DNA of 63,239 nucleotides, the filler included, from Octopus bimaculoides (Eukaryota), in the NCBI RefSeq assembly GCF_001194135.2. It is 5 parts of 5 records of this genome, joined end to end, with 100 filler letters (N's around TTAATTAATTAA, not from the genome) between each part and the next. Parts side by side here need not be neighbours in the genome. Positions count along the whole stretch, not along the records: positions 1 to 9,792 come from NC_068981.1; positions 9,893 to 24,561 come from NC_068992.1; 3 more parts are not named here. One strand, given 5' to 3'. Positions 1-11,670 of this stretch are shown one piece after another (position 1 is the first letter of the stretch; every line of letters begins with the position of its first letter). Both the position numbers and the translations under genes were made by a program. The notes under the pieces were generated by a model, which was not told the DNA's origin, searched no databases, and saw only the letters and a list, made by a program, of their open reading frames with translations.

Positions 1-560
1 GAAAGTCAAAAATTATACGCACTCTTGTTTTTTTCATTGTATTTACACAAAAGCAAGGGATAAACAAGTTCATCATTTTTCTATATACTTTCTTTCCTTT
101 TTGATACACTTGGTCCAGTGGTCCACAAGCTTGTGTTTTCCCTCCAAGAATCTTTTTGGTGGGCTGTGCAACCATTTATGCACTGCTTCCTTCACATCTT
201 CATCCGTAGGAAATTGACAACTTCATAAACCATCTTTAAGTGCTCCAAAGATATGATGGTCGGAGGGAGTGAGATCTGGGCTGTAGGCAGGGTGTTCCAG
301 CACCTCAAAACCTAATTGTCTAATGGTTTCAACAGTCTGGGCAGCCATGTGTGGGCGTGCATTCTCATGCAACAACAAAACTTTTTTCGACAATAGGCTT
401 TGGTGTTTGGTATAAATTGCTGGCTTTAGTTTGTTGGTCAGCAAAGCTCTGTATCTTGTATTGTTGATCGTACACCCCTTTTCCAGAAAATTGGATCCTT
501 GTTCTTTGTTCTTCTTTGGTGCACATTGCTTGTAGAGCAGCCATGCTTACACTATAAAGC
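1..560 (-). mobile_element. Internally deleted, decayed mariner (Tc1/mariner) transposon; TIR cut by the window edge
   Basis: Minus-strand peptides: N-terminal CTKEEQRTRIQF joined to catalytic-region LLHENARPH...HPAYSPDLTPSDHHIFG and C-terminal DEDVKEAVHKW...LVDHWTKCI; these match the mariner HDNARPH and YSPDLAPSD motifs. Confidence 0.9.
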
Positions 561-605
561 CAGAAAAAAAAAAAAAATGGCACGATCAGGCTCAANNNNN
601 NNNNN

Positions 606-637
<32 letters not shown>

Positions 638-639
638 CC

Positions 640-770
640 AGCTTCTTTTACTTTCAGTCTACCAGATCCACTTATAAGGCTTTGCTCAGGACTACAGTAG
701 AAGATACTTATCCAAGTTGCCATAATGTGGGACTGAACCTGCAACAATGTATTAAAAAGCAGCTACACCA
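640..770 (-). mobile_element. SINE family A (tRNA-head octopus SINE), decayed 5' half
   Basis: Reverse-complement similarity to the copy at 3667-4073. Confidence 0.7.
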
Positions 771-842
771 GTGCTATTCTTTCTTGCAGTTTCTTTACAG
801 TGTTTTGCAGTGAATTTCTGATGGTAAAATTTGAAAGAAATC

Positions 843-955
843 AGGTGCATCCATATGGCACATTGGGTAAGTGTCTTCTATAACCTCGAGCCAACCAAAG
901 CCTTGTGAGTGTTTTTGGTAGATAGAAACTGAAAGAAGCTTGTCATATATATATA
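843..955 (+). mobile_element. SINE family A fragment
   Basis: ggcacattgggtaagtgtcttcta...aaagccttgtgagtg...gaaactgaaagaagc matches 3667-4073. Confidence 0.75.
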
Positions 956-1161
956 GGAAAGAAGAAAGCAAAGGACCACTGATGAGATCATGGAAGTGTG
1001 ACAAAAGAACTCTGACCGAAATACGATTAATGACATATTCCATCATTCCATTCAGAAATTTACTTCTTTGTTGTTTGATTCGTTTCTTGACACATTCTCT
1101 CAGTAAGAGGTACACTGTAATTTTTTGTCAATTTAGCTCTTCTAAAATAAAAAAAAAACAA

Positions 1162-1324
1162 GGTGCAAGTGTAGCTGTGTAGTAAGGAGCTTGCCTCCTA
1201 ACCATATAGTTCTGGGTTCAGTCCCACCATGTGGCACATTGGATAAGTGTCTTCTCCTATAATCTTGGGCCAACCAAAGCCTTGTGAGTGTATTTTGTAG
1301 ACAGAAACAGAAAGAAGCTTGTCA

Positions 1325-1355
<31 letters not shown>

Positions 1356-1480
1356 GTGCATGTGTTTGTGTCTGTGTCTGTCGTCCTTTACCACTTGACA
1401 GCTGATGTTGGTGTGTTTATGTCCTGTAATTTAGTGGTTCAGCAAAATAGACCAATAGTATAAGTACTAGGCTTAAAAAG
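1162..1480 (+). mobile_element. SINE family A, near full length
   Basis: tRNA-like head with B box (ggttcagtccc), internal TA/GT microsatellite, aataagtactaggc 3' part. Confidence 0.85.
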
Positions 1481-1617
1481 TGGTTGGTAAAACGATGATA
1501 AGGATGAGTCCTAAGCTCTGAATCTACAGTTTGATCATCATCCTCAAATGTATTTTCACACTCATTGTTGTCATTGCAAAGGTCATGGGTTCATTTTAGT
1601 TTCATCATAAATTTCAG

Positions 1618-1676
1618 GTTCCTGAGAACTCCCCACCCTAAAAAAAAAAGACAAAAGTAAAAACCATCACAGACAG
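1618..1676 (+). CDS. Candidate exon of unidentified gene 1 (..KKKDKSKNHHRQ); start ambiguous (1618 or 1627)
   Basis: tttcAG acceptor and CAG|GTACAG donor in phase 0, matching the next exon. From 1618 the frame hits TAA unless the A10 run (1640-1649) is really A9; from a gAG acceptor at 1625-26 it is open (LPTLKKKDKSKNHHRQ). Confidence 0.4.
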
Positions 1677-1891
1677 GTACAGGAAGTGCCAATGCATAAT
1701 AATAATTGATGCTTACAATTAACATCCTCACCAAATTTAACTGGCACTCACTCCATCGGTTAGAACTGCAAAACATATTTTTTCCTCCAAATTAAAGTTA
1801 AATTCAGAAAGCATCGTTTCTTAAATTTTGTTGATTTTTGTTTTTTTGACAAGTAAAACTTTCGCAAATTTTGATCATTTCTAAATTCCAG

Positions 1892-1941
1892 AACTTACCA
1901 AATGATAGCACACTCATAATGAAAAGCTTGATTATGCAAAG
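1892..1941 (+). CDS. Exon of unidentified gene 1 (NLPNDSTLIMKSLIMQ-R)
   Basis: ttccAG acceptor, AAG|GTACAT donor, only one open frame, phase 0 to 2, compatible with exon 2730. Confidence 0.7.
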
Positions 1942-2026
1942 GTACATATTTCACTAAAGAAATACTGAAATTTTTTCAGAGTTCCATTTTCTGTTAATTA
2001 TTTCTGTCATTATCTTTTATCTTCTA

Positions 2027-2421
2027 TCTTTTACTTGTTTCAGTCAGTAGACTGTGGCCATGCTGGGGTACCGCCTTGAAGAATTTTTAGTCAAACAAAT
2101 TGACCCCAGTACTTACTTCTAAGCCTGGTACTTATTCTATTGGTCTCTTTACCAAACCGCTAAGTTACAGGATGTAAACAAACCATCACTGGTTGTCAAG
2201 CAGTGGTGAGGAACAAACACAGACTCAAAGACACGCACACATACATACATATATTTATATGCGATGGGTTTTCAGTTTCCACCTACCAAATCCACTCAGA
2301 AGGCTTTAGTCAGCCTTAGGCTATAGTAGAAAACACTTGCCCAATGTGCCATGCAGTGGGACTGAACCTGGAATCATATGGTTGGGAAGCAAACTTCTTA
2401 CCACACAGCCACACCTGCACC
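2027..2421 (-). mobile_element. SINE family A, full length
   Basis: Reverse complement of the 3667-4073 type, including tail gactgaaacaagtaaaaga. Confidence 0.9.
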
Positions 2422-2729
2422 TATATTAGTCTGCTTCTATCACTAATTGCAATGTTTTTATTTTTCAAATCATTGGCATTGAATCATCTGTGTTAAATAT
2501 GAATCATTATTCGATGAATGCAAACCTTTACCTGCAGCAGCTTTCCAAATGAATGCACTTTTAACTATTGCATTCATGGAAAAATCAATCAATAACAACT
2601 AATTTGAATACGATTTCTTCTTCACCATCAGTCTGTTTTTACCAATAAAGGATATTTTCTATTTGTTGAACCTTATTGAAGGAGGTTTACCTATTTTAAT
2701 TACATTAGTTTTTGAGAAATTTCTTTCAG

Positions 2730-2829
2730 AGCAATTTTGAAATTGTGCAAAAACCTGTTTATTGAACTGTTTGAAAATGTGAGAGGATTGGATAGTATCG
2801 AGAAGGAAGGATGGCTATCAAGCGAAATG
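2730..2829 (+). CDS. Exon of unidentified gene 1 (AILKLCKNLFIELFENVRGLDSIEKEGWLSSEM)
   Basis: tttctttcAG acceptor, ATG|GTATGC donor, 33 open protein-like codons, phase 2 to 0. Confidence 0.8.
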
Positions 2830-2932
2830 GTATGCAGTTCTGCTTGCATTTAATTATAGCAGCAGAATATTACAGTTAGAGAGATGATGGATGGTGGGGA
2901 TGGTTTCCAGAATCTCAGAGCGAGTCTCTTGA

Positions 2933-2966
<34 letters not shown>

Positions 2967-2990
2967 ATGTGTAAGTGTGTGTGTATGTAT

Positions 2991-3363
2991 ATCGTCATCA
3001 TCATCATCACTTAACGTCCGCTTTCCATGCTAGCATGGGTTGGACGGCTTGACTGAGGACTGGCGAGCCAGATGGCTGCACCAGGCTCCAATCTGATCTG
3101 GCAGAGTTTCTACAGCTGGATGCCCTTCCTAATGCCAACCACTCCGAGAGTGTAGTGGGTGCTTTTACGTGCCACCGGCATGAGGGCTAATCAGGTGGTA
3201 CTGGTAACGGCCACGCTCAAATGGTGTTTTTTACATGCTATCTGCACAGGAGCCAGTCCAGCAGCACTGGCAACCTTCTTGCTCGAATGTTGTATTTCAG
3301 GTGCCACCAGCACAAGAGCCAGTAAGGCAACTCTGGTAATGATCACGCATGAATGGTGCTTTT
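2991..3363 (-). mobile_element. SINE/retroposon family D (ttggcgttaggaagggcatccag core, (GAT)n tail)
   Basis: Shares aacccatgctagcatggaaagcggacgttaaacgatgatg tail with 4342-4493, 12380-12753 and 15263-15460. Confidence 0.85.
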
Positions 3364-3369
3364 ATATAT

Positions 3370-3468
<99 letters not shown>

Positions 3469-3666
3469 TAGATAGATAGATGGATAGATATCACCAGTAG
3501 TTTATATATCCAAAAAAGAAGTACACTCTAAAGCAATAGAGCAGTAAGCACTTTATAGGTGTAAAACCAATGGTCACTCTATGGCCGGCCATCACATTTA
3601 ACTTTCTAATATATATATATATATATATATATGATCCCTTACTTTCAATCAATACATATATATACA

Positions 3667-4073
3667 GGAGCAGGAGTGGCTGTGTTGTAAGTAGCTTGCT
3701 TACCAACCACATGGTTCTGGGTTCAGTCCCACTGCATGGCACTTTGGGCAAGTGTCTTCTACTATAGCCTCGGACCAACCAAAGCCTTGTGAGTGGATTT
3801 GGTAGACGGAAACTGAAAGAAGACTGTTGTATATATGTATATGTATATATATATGTGTGTGTGTTTGTGTATCTGTGTTTGTCCCCCCAACATCACTTGA
3901 CAACCGATGCTGGTGTGTTTACGTCCCCGTAACTTAGCGGTTCCGCAAAAGAGACCGATAGAATAAGTACTAGGCTAACAAAGAATAAGTCCTGGGGTTG
4001 ATTTGCTTGATTAAAAGGCAGTGCTCCAGCATGGCCGCAGTCAAATGACTGAAACAAGTAAAACAGTAAAAGA
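3667..4073 (+). mobile_element. SINE family A, full-length reference copy
   Basis: Head ggagtggctgtgttgtaag...ggttcagtccc (A/B-box-like), internal microsatellite, 3' cgatagaataagtac...ctgggg domain, gtaaaa(ga) tail; more than 10 related copies in the window. Confidence 0.9.
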
Positions 4074-4341
4074 GTATACATATATATATGATCCCTTACT
4101 TCAGTCAATAGATGATATGTATATTTTTCCAGGTAAATTCCATATGTAAGTCATGATCATTGTTCGGGCGGCCCTTTGTAGTGACAACCTAATAGTTATG
4201 TAATGATGAGGTATTAGGGTGATTTTACATAATAGTTATCTTCTTTTATGTTTAAACTGATTTGTATATCCCTCTTATTTAACATGGTTCTAATACCCCT
4301 ATTAAAGCTTTTTAAAATTTAAAAATTAAAATTTTATTTTA

Positions 4342-4493
4342 TTGGCGTTAGGAAGGTCATCCAGCTGTAGAAACTCTGCCAAATCAGATTGGAGCTTGGT
4401 GTAGCCATCTGGTTTCACCAGTCCTCAGTCAAATCGTTCAACCCATGCTAGCATGGAAAGCGGACGTTAAACGACGATGATGATGATGATGAC
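4342..4493 (+). mobile_element. Family D 3' fragment
   Basis: Matches 15310-15460, with (GAT)n tail. Confidence 0.85.
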
Positions 4494-4885
4494 AACATAA
4501 TACTACACGGGCTTTTGCTATACCTTGACTATAAACTTTTCCCTCTGAGCCCTTAATGTTTTCCTAGATCCCAGTATAGCATCCTAAGTTTCATAGTGTA
4601 CGCCTCTTTAACTGAAAATAACAACAAGAGTTAATGTCACACCTACCCTACCTCTTTTGTGGGCTTTTACTGCTATCTAATTGACTCCTTCTAAAGTTTA
4701 TTGCTTTTTGTGGTGAGAGTTTCTTATGACAGTAAGAAATTAAAGTTTGTTTCTTTTTGTAGTGAGGAGTATCTATGGCATTAAGAAATTAAGGAATAGG
4801 AGAAACATCTAGTTATATTTATTTATGACCAGCAGACAGCTATGAGCTGTCAACTCACAATCTTCTTTCTTCTCAATAAACATAG

Positions 4886-4921
4886 TATGCTAGGCTTAGA
4901 TCTTTTGTTGATGATAAGAAG
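4886..4921 (+). CDS. Candidate 36-nt exon of gene 1 (YARLRSFVDDKK)
   Basis: Pyrimidine tract then catAG acceptor, AAG|GTAAAT donor, phase 0-0, open frame. Confidence 0.55.
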
Positions 4922-5637
4922 GTAAATTAAACAATTAGAAATGAATTATAATCTTATGACCCTCACTATGTTCCATGCCACTCCAAAATTGTAGTTCTTC
5001 TCTTGGAGATTATTCTTGCTGCAATAGCGACAGCATGAAATTCTTTCATCCTCTAGCTCTGATAAAATGTTTGAGAATCATTATGTTAATATATCTTGTC
5101 TGTTGAAAATTCATGTTTATTGCAACTGAAGATAGCACTGTATTTAAATTGATGTAATGCTTGCATTGTTCAATTAAACGGAGTTGCTTGAAATGGTCAT
5201 ATTGCACTTGACATACTGTTGCTTATTTTGATTATATATATATATATATATATAAATATACAGGGATTAGCATTGAGTTGCTTCTCCAACATACTGAAAA
5301 TTTAGAAATAGCAGTCAAAGAACTACTGCTANNNNNNNNNNNNNNNNNNNNNNNNNNNNNNNNNNNNNNNNNNNNNNNNNNNNNNNNNNNNNNNNNNNNN
5401 NNNNNNNNNNNNNNNNNNNNNNNNNNNNNNNNNNNNNNNNNNNNNNNNNNNNNNNNNNNNNNNNNNNNNNNNNNNNNNNNNNNNNNNNNNNNNNNNNNNN
5501 NNNNNNNNNNNNNNNNNNNNNNNNNNNNTATATATATATATGTGTGTATATCTTCAGTAAATCACAAATCTAAAAGAGAAGTACACTCTAAGTTATAGAG
5601 CAGTAGATCACTTGCTAGGGAGACCATAGACAGGCCA

Positions 5638-5699
<62 letters not shown>

Positions 5700-5963
5700 A
5701 ATATATATGACAACAGCTTGGGGTTCCTCGCTCCTGGTGGTTTTACAGTGTGTCCTGACTCTAACCAAGGGTATATCTGCATCCCTGCACTTAGTTAGAT
5801 TGTCATCACATATATTAGTTATCCTATAGTTGGGAACCAGACAGGTACTACAATTCTGGGTTAGAGTTGACCTGGGAACAATACTGGTGGTCCCAGTCTT
5901 CTCAAAATCCTGAAGCACCCAAACCAGATCCCCACTAATGAATGCAATTTAGAATCATACCCA

Positions 5964-6060
<97 letters not shown>

Positions 6061-6329
6061 TAGATACATTTGATACATATGTTTATAAGCATATATGTAT
6101 GCATCTACATGTGGATGCACCTATGTGTGTATATCTGTCTATGCAATATCGTTTCTAAAAAAAAATCCATTTCCTTGTTGAGATAGGAACAAACAGTGAC
6201 AAGAATATCTGTATAAATATTTGATTTCAGGCTAAAAACAATAAAGAAAAGATCTATCTTTTGTCATAAGTATTTTTGTATTTGATTATTTAATTTTTGC
6301 TATGATATTTTGCCCAATGAATTCTTCAG

Positions 6330-6433
6330 CTTCTCAGCTGCTATAGAAAGCTGTCTGACTGCTGTGCTAATGTAGAAAGAAGTGTTGACTGCTGTACAAA
6401 ACAGGAAGGAATCAATACTATGACCAATGAGTG
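6330..6433 (+). CDS. Exon of gene 1 (LLSCYRKLSDCCANVERSVDCCTKQEGINTMTNE-W)
   Basis: ttcttcAG acceptor, phase 0, 34 open codons; either TG|GTAACA donor or read-through to TGG TAA (6437). Confidence 0.6.
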
Positions 6434-6873
6434 GTAACAGACTTTTCACCATAGAAATAGAGAAATTTTCTTGGAAGCTGAAGTATGACTAAGTGGAAAT
6501 ATTTTTTTCTCCCCTAAAAATTGAAGTGACAGAATTCTGTCCAATTAAATTTATTGTTGTTGTATAGGAAGATGATGAAAAAAGACAACTACAGTTAAAA
6601 TTGTAGAAATGAAGCAAATATATATACATACATACATCATGCATACATGTGTGTGTGTGTGTGAGTGTGTGTGTGTGCACACATATGTGCATGTGTGTGT
6701 ATATGCGTGTGCAAATGTGTGTGTATGTATACCCATCTATTTATGTATGTATGCAGGTATCTGTCTATCTATGTTTGTATGAATGCATACACATGAGCAT
6801 ACATACATGCATAGATACATACATGAATACATACATGCAAACATCTATCCAACCATCCAGCTATCAATCCATG

Positions 6874-6920
<47 letters not shown>

Positions 6921-7539
6921 GTGAATGTATGCATCTATATTCCAAGGGTTACAATTTTGCACCTAGATAGTAGAAATTTTAAATAGGAGTATATCACTTC
7001 AAGGAAAAGGCCATTGGTTAAGTAACTTCGACTGAAATTGTTCATCTTAGCTCTTGGCAGAAAAACTAAGAATATTGTATTCCACCAAGCACAGCAACAG
7101 ACACTGAAACAACTTAATTCATTTAGAATAATTACTCAAAATTTAGTATTTTGAAAAATTGTGTTTTTCCAGAAAATATTAGGAAACATAAATTTTCCTT
7201 GGAAATATAAGCATAAGTCAGCCTGGATGTCACCAGATGACTGAACTGAGAAGACCAGATAGATCACTTTATCATTTAGTGGAAATTGAGGTGGAGCTTA
7301 CCTGATTTCAGTATGAAATGGGAGGCAGATGTGGTATCCAACCATCATCCTGTCCTTGGAACACCAGGAGTGAGACTAGAAGTCTATCAGAATTTGTCTG
7401 ACAAGTTGGCTGGGGTTTATAGTAGAAGACACTCATCTAAGGTACTATGCAGTGGGACTGAAACCAGAATCATGTAGTTGGGAAGCAACCTTCTTAATTG
7501 CACAGTCATACCTTTACCTATACTTACATCAAAAATCAT

Positions 7540-8255
7540 TATCTCAGAGAATTGCAGAATTCCAAAGCGATCATGCTTTGGGAGTTATGCCAATCCATAC
7601 ACACAGGAAGATCAAAGCTAACGTGCCAGACATTGTTGTCAAAAGCAAAAAAACTGCCAGGAAAAGAAGTACCTGTCCATCAAAGTGTCAATCTCAACAG
7701 ATGATTATGTATCTTTTGAAGAAATGGAAAAAGTTATCCAAACTGGAAATAGAGTAAGCCTAAATGTGAGAACTGTGAACAGAAACAACGCTTACGATAC
7801 TAAGTACCTAGTGAAAGATTAAATACACATGTAGACAGACACATGTAGCCAAAACCTAACAAATATGAATATCATAAGGAAAATATTCCTATGCAGTTCA
7901 AAATAATTATTATATAAAATAGTGACAATATAATTAGAAAATACTGAACTAAAACAAAAACACTGTAATTAAATTACATGGTACTTTGTAACATAATGAA
8001 AGCATGCAATAAAAACAAGACTACTGAATAATAATGATAGTAATATTAATATTAATAATAATAATAATAATAATAATAATGATAATAAAAGCAAACATAA
8101 TTCTCTTATGGTTTCTTAAACATTCTCTAGAACAACACTATGTACAAAACCAAATATGTGGCACCCTAGGCATAACACCAACGTGAACTTCTAACTTGTC
8201 TCTTAAGGTCTCTGGGTGAGACTTGGAGACAACTTGTACAAATGTAAGCTGAAAG
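7540..8255 (+). mobile_element. 3' fragment of an R4/Dong-like (restriction-like endonuclease) non-LTR retrotransposon
   Basis: MPIHTHRKIKANVPDIVVKS...KLSK.LEIE resembles the RLE W.D.PI.TD..I.ANRPDIV motif; followed by (AAT)n and a 3' UTR-like segment. Confidence 0.7.
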
Positions 8256-8354
8256 TCAGCCTTGGTGGAGTTTGAACTCAGAATATAAAGAACCAGAAGA
8301 AATGCTTGCTGAGCATTTTGTTTGACGCATTATCAATTCTGCCAGCATCTGCCT

Positions 8355-8355
<1 letters not shown>
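8255..8355 (-). mobile_element. SINE family C head fragment
   Basis: tttgaactcagaa...gcattt...ttctgccagc...gcctt matches family C copies. Confidence 0.7.
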
Positions 8356-8431
<76 letters not shown>

Positions 8432-9461
8432 ATGCTGTTGCTGTTGTTGCTGCTGTCGTTGTTGTCGCTGCTGCCGCCACCACCGCCGTCACCACCACCA
8501 CCGCCGCCGCCGTCACTGCCGCCACCNNNNNNNNNNNNNNNNNNNNNNNNNNNNNNNNNNNNNNNNNNNNNNNNNNNNNNNNNNNNNNNNNNNNNNNNNN
8601 NNNNNNNNNNNNNNNNNNNNNNNNNNNNNNNNNNNNNNNNNNNNNNNNNNNNNNNNNNNNNNNNNNNNNNNNNNNNNNNNNNNNNNNNNNNNNNNNNNNN
8701 NNNNNNNNNNNNNNNNNNNNNNNNNNNNNNNNNNNNNNNNNNNNNNNNNNNNNNNNNNNNNNNNNNNNNNNNNNNNNNNNNNNNNNNNNNNNNNNNNNNN
8801 NNNNNNNNNNNNNNNNNNNNNNNNNNNNNNNNNNNNNNNNNNNNNNNNNNNNNNNNNNNNNNNNNNNNNNNNNNNNNNNNNNNNNNNNNNNNNNNNNNNN
8901 NNNNNNNNNNNNNNNNNNNNNNNNNNNNNNNNNNNNNNNNNNNNNNNNNNNNNNNNNNNNNNNNNNNNNNNNNNNNNNNNNNNNNNNNNNNNNNNNNNNN
9001 NNNNNNNNNNNNNNNNNNNNNNNNNNNNNNNNNNNNNNNNNNNNNNNNNNNNNNNNNNNNNNNNNNNNNNNNNNNNNNNNNNNNNNNNNNNNNNNNNNNN
9101 NNNNNNNNNNNNNNNNNNNNNNCACCACCACCACCACCACCACCACCACCACCACCACCACCACTACTACCACTACAAATTATAGTAACGATAGTAACAA
9201 CAACAACAAAGCATTTTCCTTTTATATTTTCTCTCTGTATTTTCTATAGAAAGCTTCATATCTTCTAACTTCCTTCTTCCTACATGCATCCAGCTATGGT
9301 AATTGGGAAATTTGCTCCTGACAATAGAATTGTTCAGTTCTACATCCATTTAAGTGTCCATCTTTCATTAGGGACACTTAAAAAGAATGTACACTCTACT
9401 TATCTTCATCGAAAATATACATATCTTACCAGCTAGCTGTCATTTTTCTCACCATTTACAG

Positions 9462-9531
9462 GCATCTATTGGAAATAAAGAAAAGAAGTTCATTGTTTTG
9501 GCAAAAGCACATAAAGATGGTCAAGATATAA
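9462..9531 (+). CDS. Candidate terminal coding exon of gene 1 (W-HLLEIKKRSSLFWQKHIKMVKI*)
   Basis: Strong tttttctcaccatttacAG acceptor; phase 2 matches the 6433 donor; ends in TAA. Confidence 0.45.
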
Positions 9532-9759
9532 AGCTCTTCTTTTTCTATTAATCTATTTATTATATCATAGCTGAAAAGGGCCAAGAAATTTTCTTTTTCT
9601 TTCGTATTCTGTTTTCTATTTTTCCTTTTGATATTTTTATCACATGCCAATATCATATGAGCAATTCATTTTGTTACAAATTTTGTTATTTTGATTCAAA
9701 TCCAAATGATTGATGAAGAGAGATTAAGAGGTTATAGACGACTCTTTCTCTCCAGAGAG

Positions 9760-9792
<33 letters not shown>

Positions 9793-10070
9793 NNNNNNNN
9801 NNNNNNNNNNNNNNNNNNNNNNNNNNNNNNNNNNNNTTAATTAATTAANNNNNNNNNNNNNNNNNNNNNNNNNNNNNNNNNNNNNNNNNNNNCACCTATT
9901 TTATAGAGCAATGAAAGACACTCACTGATCACGTCTTCTGACAATGCATATTCTTCTGGCTATAAAAGACAACAATATTAATTATTATAACAACTTTCCA
10001 GTCACAAATTATTACATTCATTTCGCTTGATGTGCGTTGCCAAAACACAAAAAGAAATAAAATTTAAAGT

Positions 10071-10143
10071 TGGAGAATCCGGGCATCGATCCCGGTACCT
10101 CTCGCATGCTAAGCGAGCGCTCTACCATCTGAGCTAATTCCCC
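10071..10143 (-). tRNA. tRNA-Ala (anticodon AGC)
   Basis: GGGGAATTAGCTCAGATGGTAGAGCGCTCGCTTAGCATGCGAGAGGTACCGGGATCGATGCCCGGATTCTCCA: full cloverleaf, G3:U70 alanine identity pair, anticodon stem CTCGC/GCGAG, TTTT Pol III terminator about 10 nt downstream. Confidence 0.97.
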
Positions 10144-10533
10144 AGCTCGGCTTCCAGCATGCTACTTATTATTAGTTAATGCTTAAAACATGACCGGCTA
10201 TATTAGCTATTACAATCGTTTAGCGTACCTGTGACCACAGGCATTCCAACTGTAAAGACCATGTTTTTCATCAAGGCATTGTGTTTACAACTATATTATC
10301 TACTTTGTCGTACCTATTTAAGATCACAAAGTTGACGAAGATTTGGCTGCTGTTTCTAGCATGCCGAGGGGACTGCTTAGTGAAGCTCTCCCTCGTTGAG
10401 TCGTTCCAAATTCTATAGTGGAAGATTCTGCGACCCACGTTCCTCAATAAAACAGCGTTAGGCGAAATATGAACTAAAATATTTTTAAAAAGCTTCCGTA
10501 AAATATTCATACAGCAAAAACAACAACTATGAC

Positions 10534-10733
10534 GGATCTAGTTCAAAACGGGGGCACCAGTATTTTCTTAACGAAACATTTTGAAACTTGGGACACTGGT
10601 AGAATGTGTCAAAAATTTTTTTCTGTTCTATAACACAAAATAGATAAGTATACGAAGTTTGAAAGTCTTTCGGTACCAAAAACACTACATAAAACATAAA
10701 TGAAAACTGGTGCCCCCGTTTTGAACTAGATCC
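10534..10733. mobile_element. 200-bp MITE with perfect 28-bp TIRs and an 8-bp TSD (Merlin-like by GG..CC ends; hAT not excluded)
   Basis: TIR GGATCTAGTTCAAAACGGGGGCACCAGT at both ends; ACTATGAC duplicated at 10526-10533 and 10734-10741. Confidence 0.9.
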
Positions 10734-11404
10734 ACTATGACTGTTAATTTAGTTAAAAAAGAAATTTATTATTTTTATTATATGAAAATAATAATTTGTA
10801 CACCAAAAGAATAATATTAAAAATATCATTTCTACACTCGAATAAATAAATGTGTGCTTAACAACAGAGTTTACTGTTGTGGAACGGCAGAATTAGCAGA
10901 ACATCGGCCAAAATGCCTTTTCTTTTTAATGCTCCATTTTCAATTCCAGTAAACATTGACTTTTCATTTCATCCTTCGTGGATGTATTTAAGTAAGATAT
11001 TTTACATCAACTATTTTTGTAACTGTGGTACCCTTAGGAAGGAACTTTTCTCAGGTTTCCGGCGTCAGCACACCTGTGAGCTAGTTGTAAATAATTTCAA
11101 GTGATTTCCCCAATACTACACAAGATTTCAAATGTATCAAGGTCCTCGAAGAGGGCTATATGGCTCTCGTTGGGAATAACAATTGTACAACGCGTACCAA
11201 CCACTACCCACAACATATAGCCTTGTATTGAAGTTAAAAATCTATTTTAACTGTTGAAATATATTCGTGACTCAAGTGGAACGGCGAGGTGAGTTTTGGA
11301 CTTTCGACAGGGGGGTCATTCTTCGAAGAAATTGAAAGTTTTCTGAGATTTTTTAAATGTTTTCTGTCTTAATCCTTTCAGAGTCGATAGAAAATAAGAA
11401 GCCA

Positions 11405-11670
11405 GGGCGATTGATTGCCGGAACTGTAAAGACATCGGACTAGTTGTCTTGCGGTATTTGTTTTGGCTCTGCGTTCTGCGTTCAAATCCTGCCCTGGCCT
11501 ACCTGGACGGTAGGTTTAACACCGCCAACTGGCTCCTTGGGTGTCTTTAGCAAAGTTCAATCTGTTGCAAATATCAAGGCCATATCTCCGGTTGGAAGAT
11601 ATCTTCCTCCCGGCATACCTACACAAGTGAGCCCCACCTATCTACTCACTGATTTCGTTTCTTCATAACT
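11405..11670 (+). mobile_element. SINE with a family-C-like head and a different body
   Basis: gcggtattt...gttctgcgttcaaatcctgcc parallels family C gcggtatttcg...gttctgagttcaaattccgcc; the downstream sequence differs. Confidence 0.5.

Noticed and set aside
6963-7110. 46-codon open minus-strand frame between AG and GT; similar ambiguous candidates at 1726-1775 (-), 33718-34110 (+/-) and 58107-58171 (+)
   Set aside because: No recognisable homology and no phase-consistent chain; compatible with chance.
8256-9268. Long ORFs of 230-475 aa spanning gaps (also 17.8-18.7, 32.4-33.9, 35.8-36.9, 38.8-39.6 kb)
   Set aside because: They consist of N runs and simple repeats.
9430-9465. Minus-strand exon with strong acceptor and GTAAGA donor
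   Set aside because: Stops in all three frames and overlaps the + strand candidate exon; at best a UTR or start exon, unsupported.
9837-9848. TTAATTAATTAA islands inside N-runs (also 24606-24617, 53780-53791, 59695-59706)
   Set aside because: Each is N44 + 12 nt + N44 = 100 nt with stops in all six frames. This is an artificial scaffolding spacer, not biology, and adjacency across it is uncertain.
11281-11294. Perfect GAG|GTGAGT donor
   Set aside because: Isolated motif with no linked acceptor or ORF.
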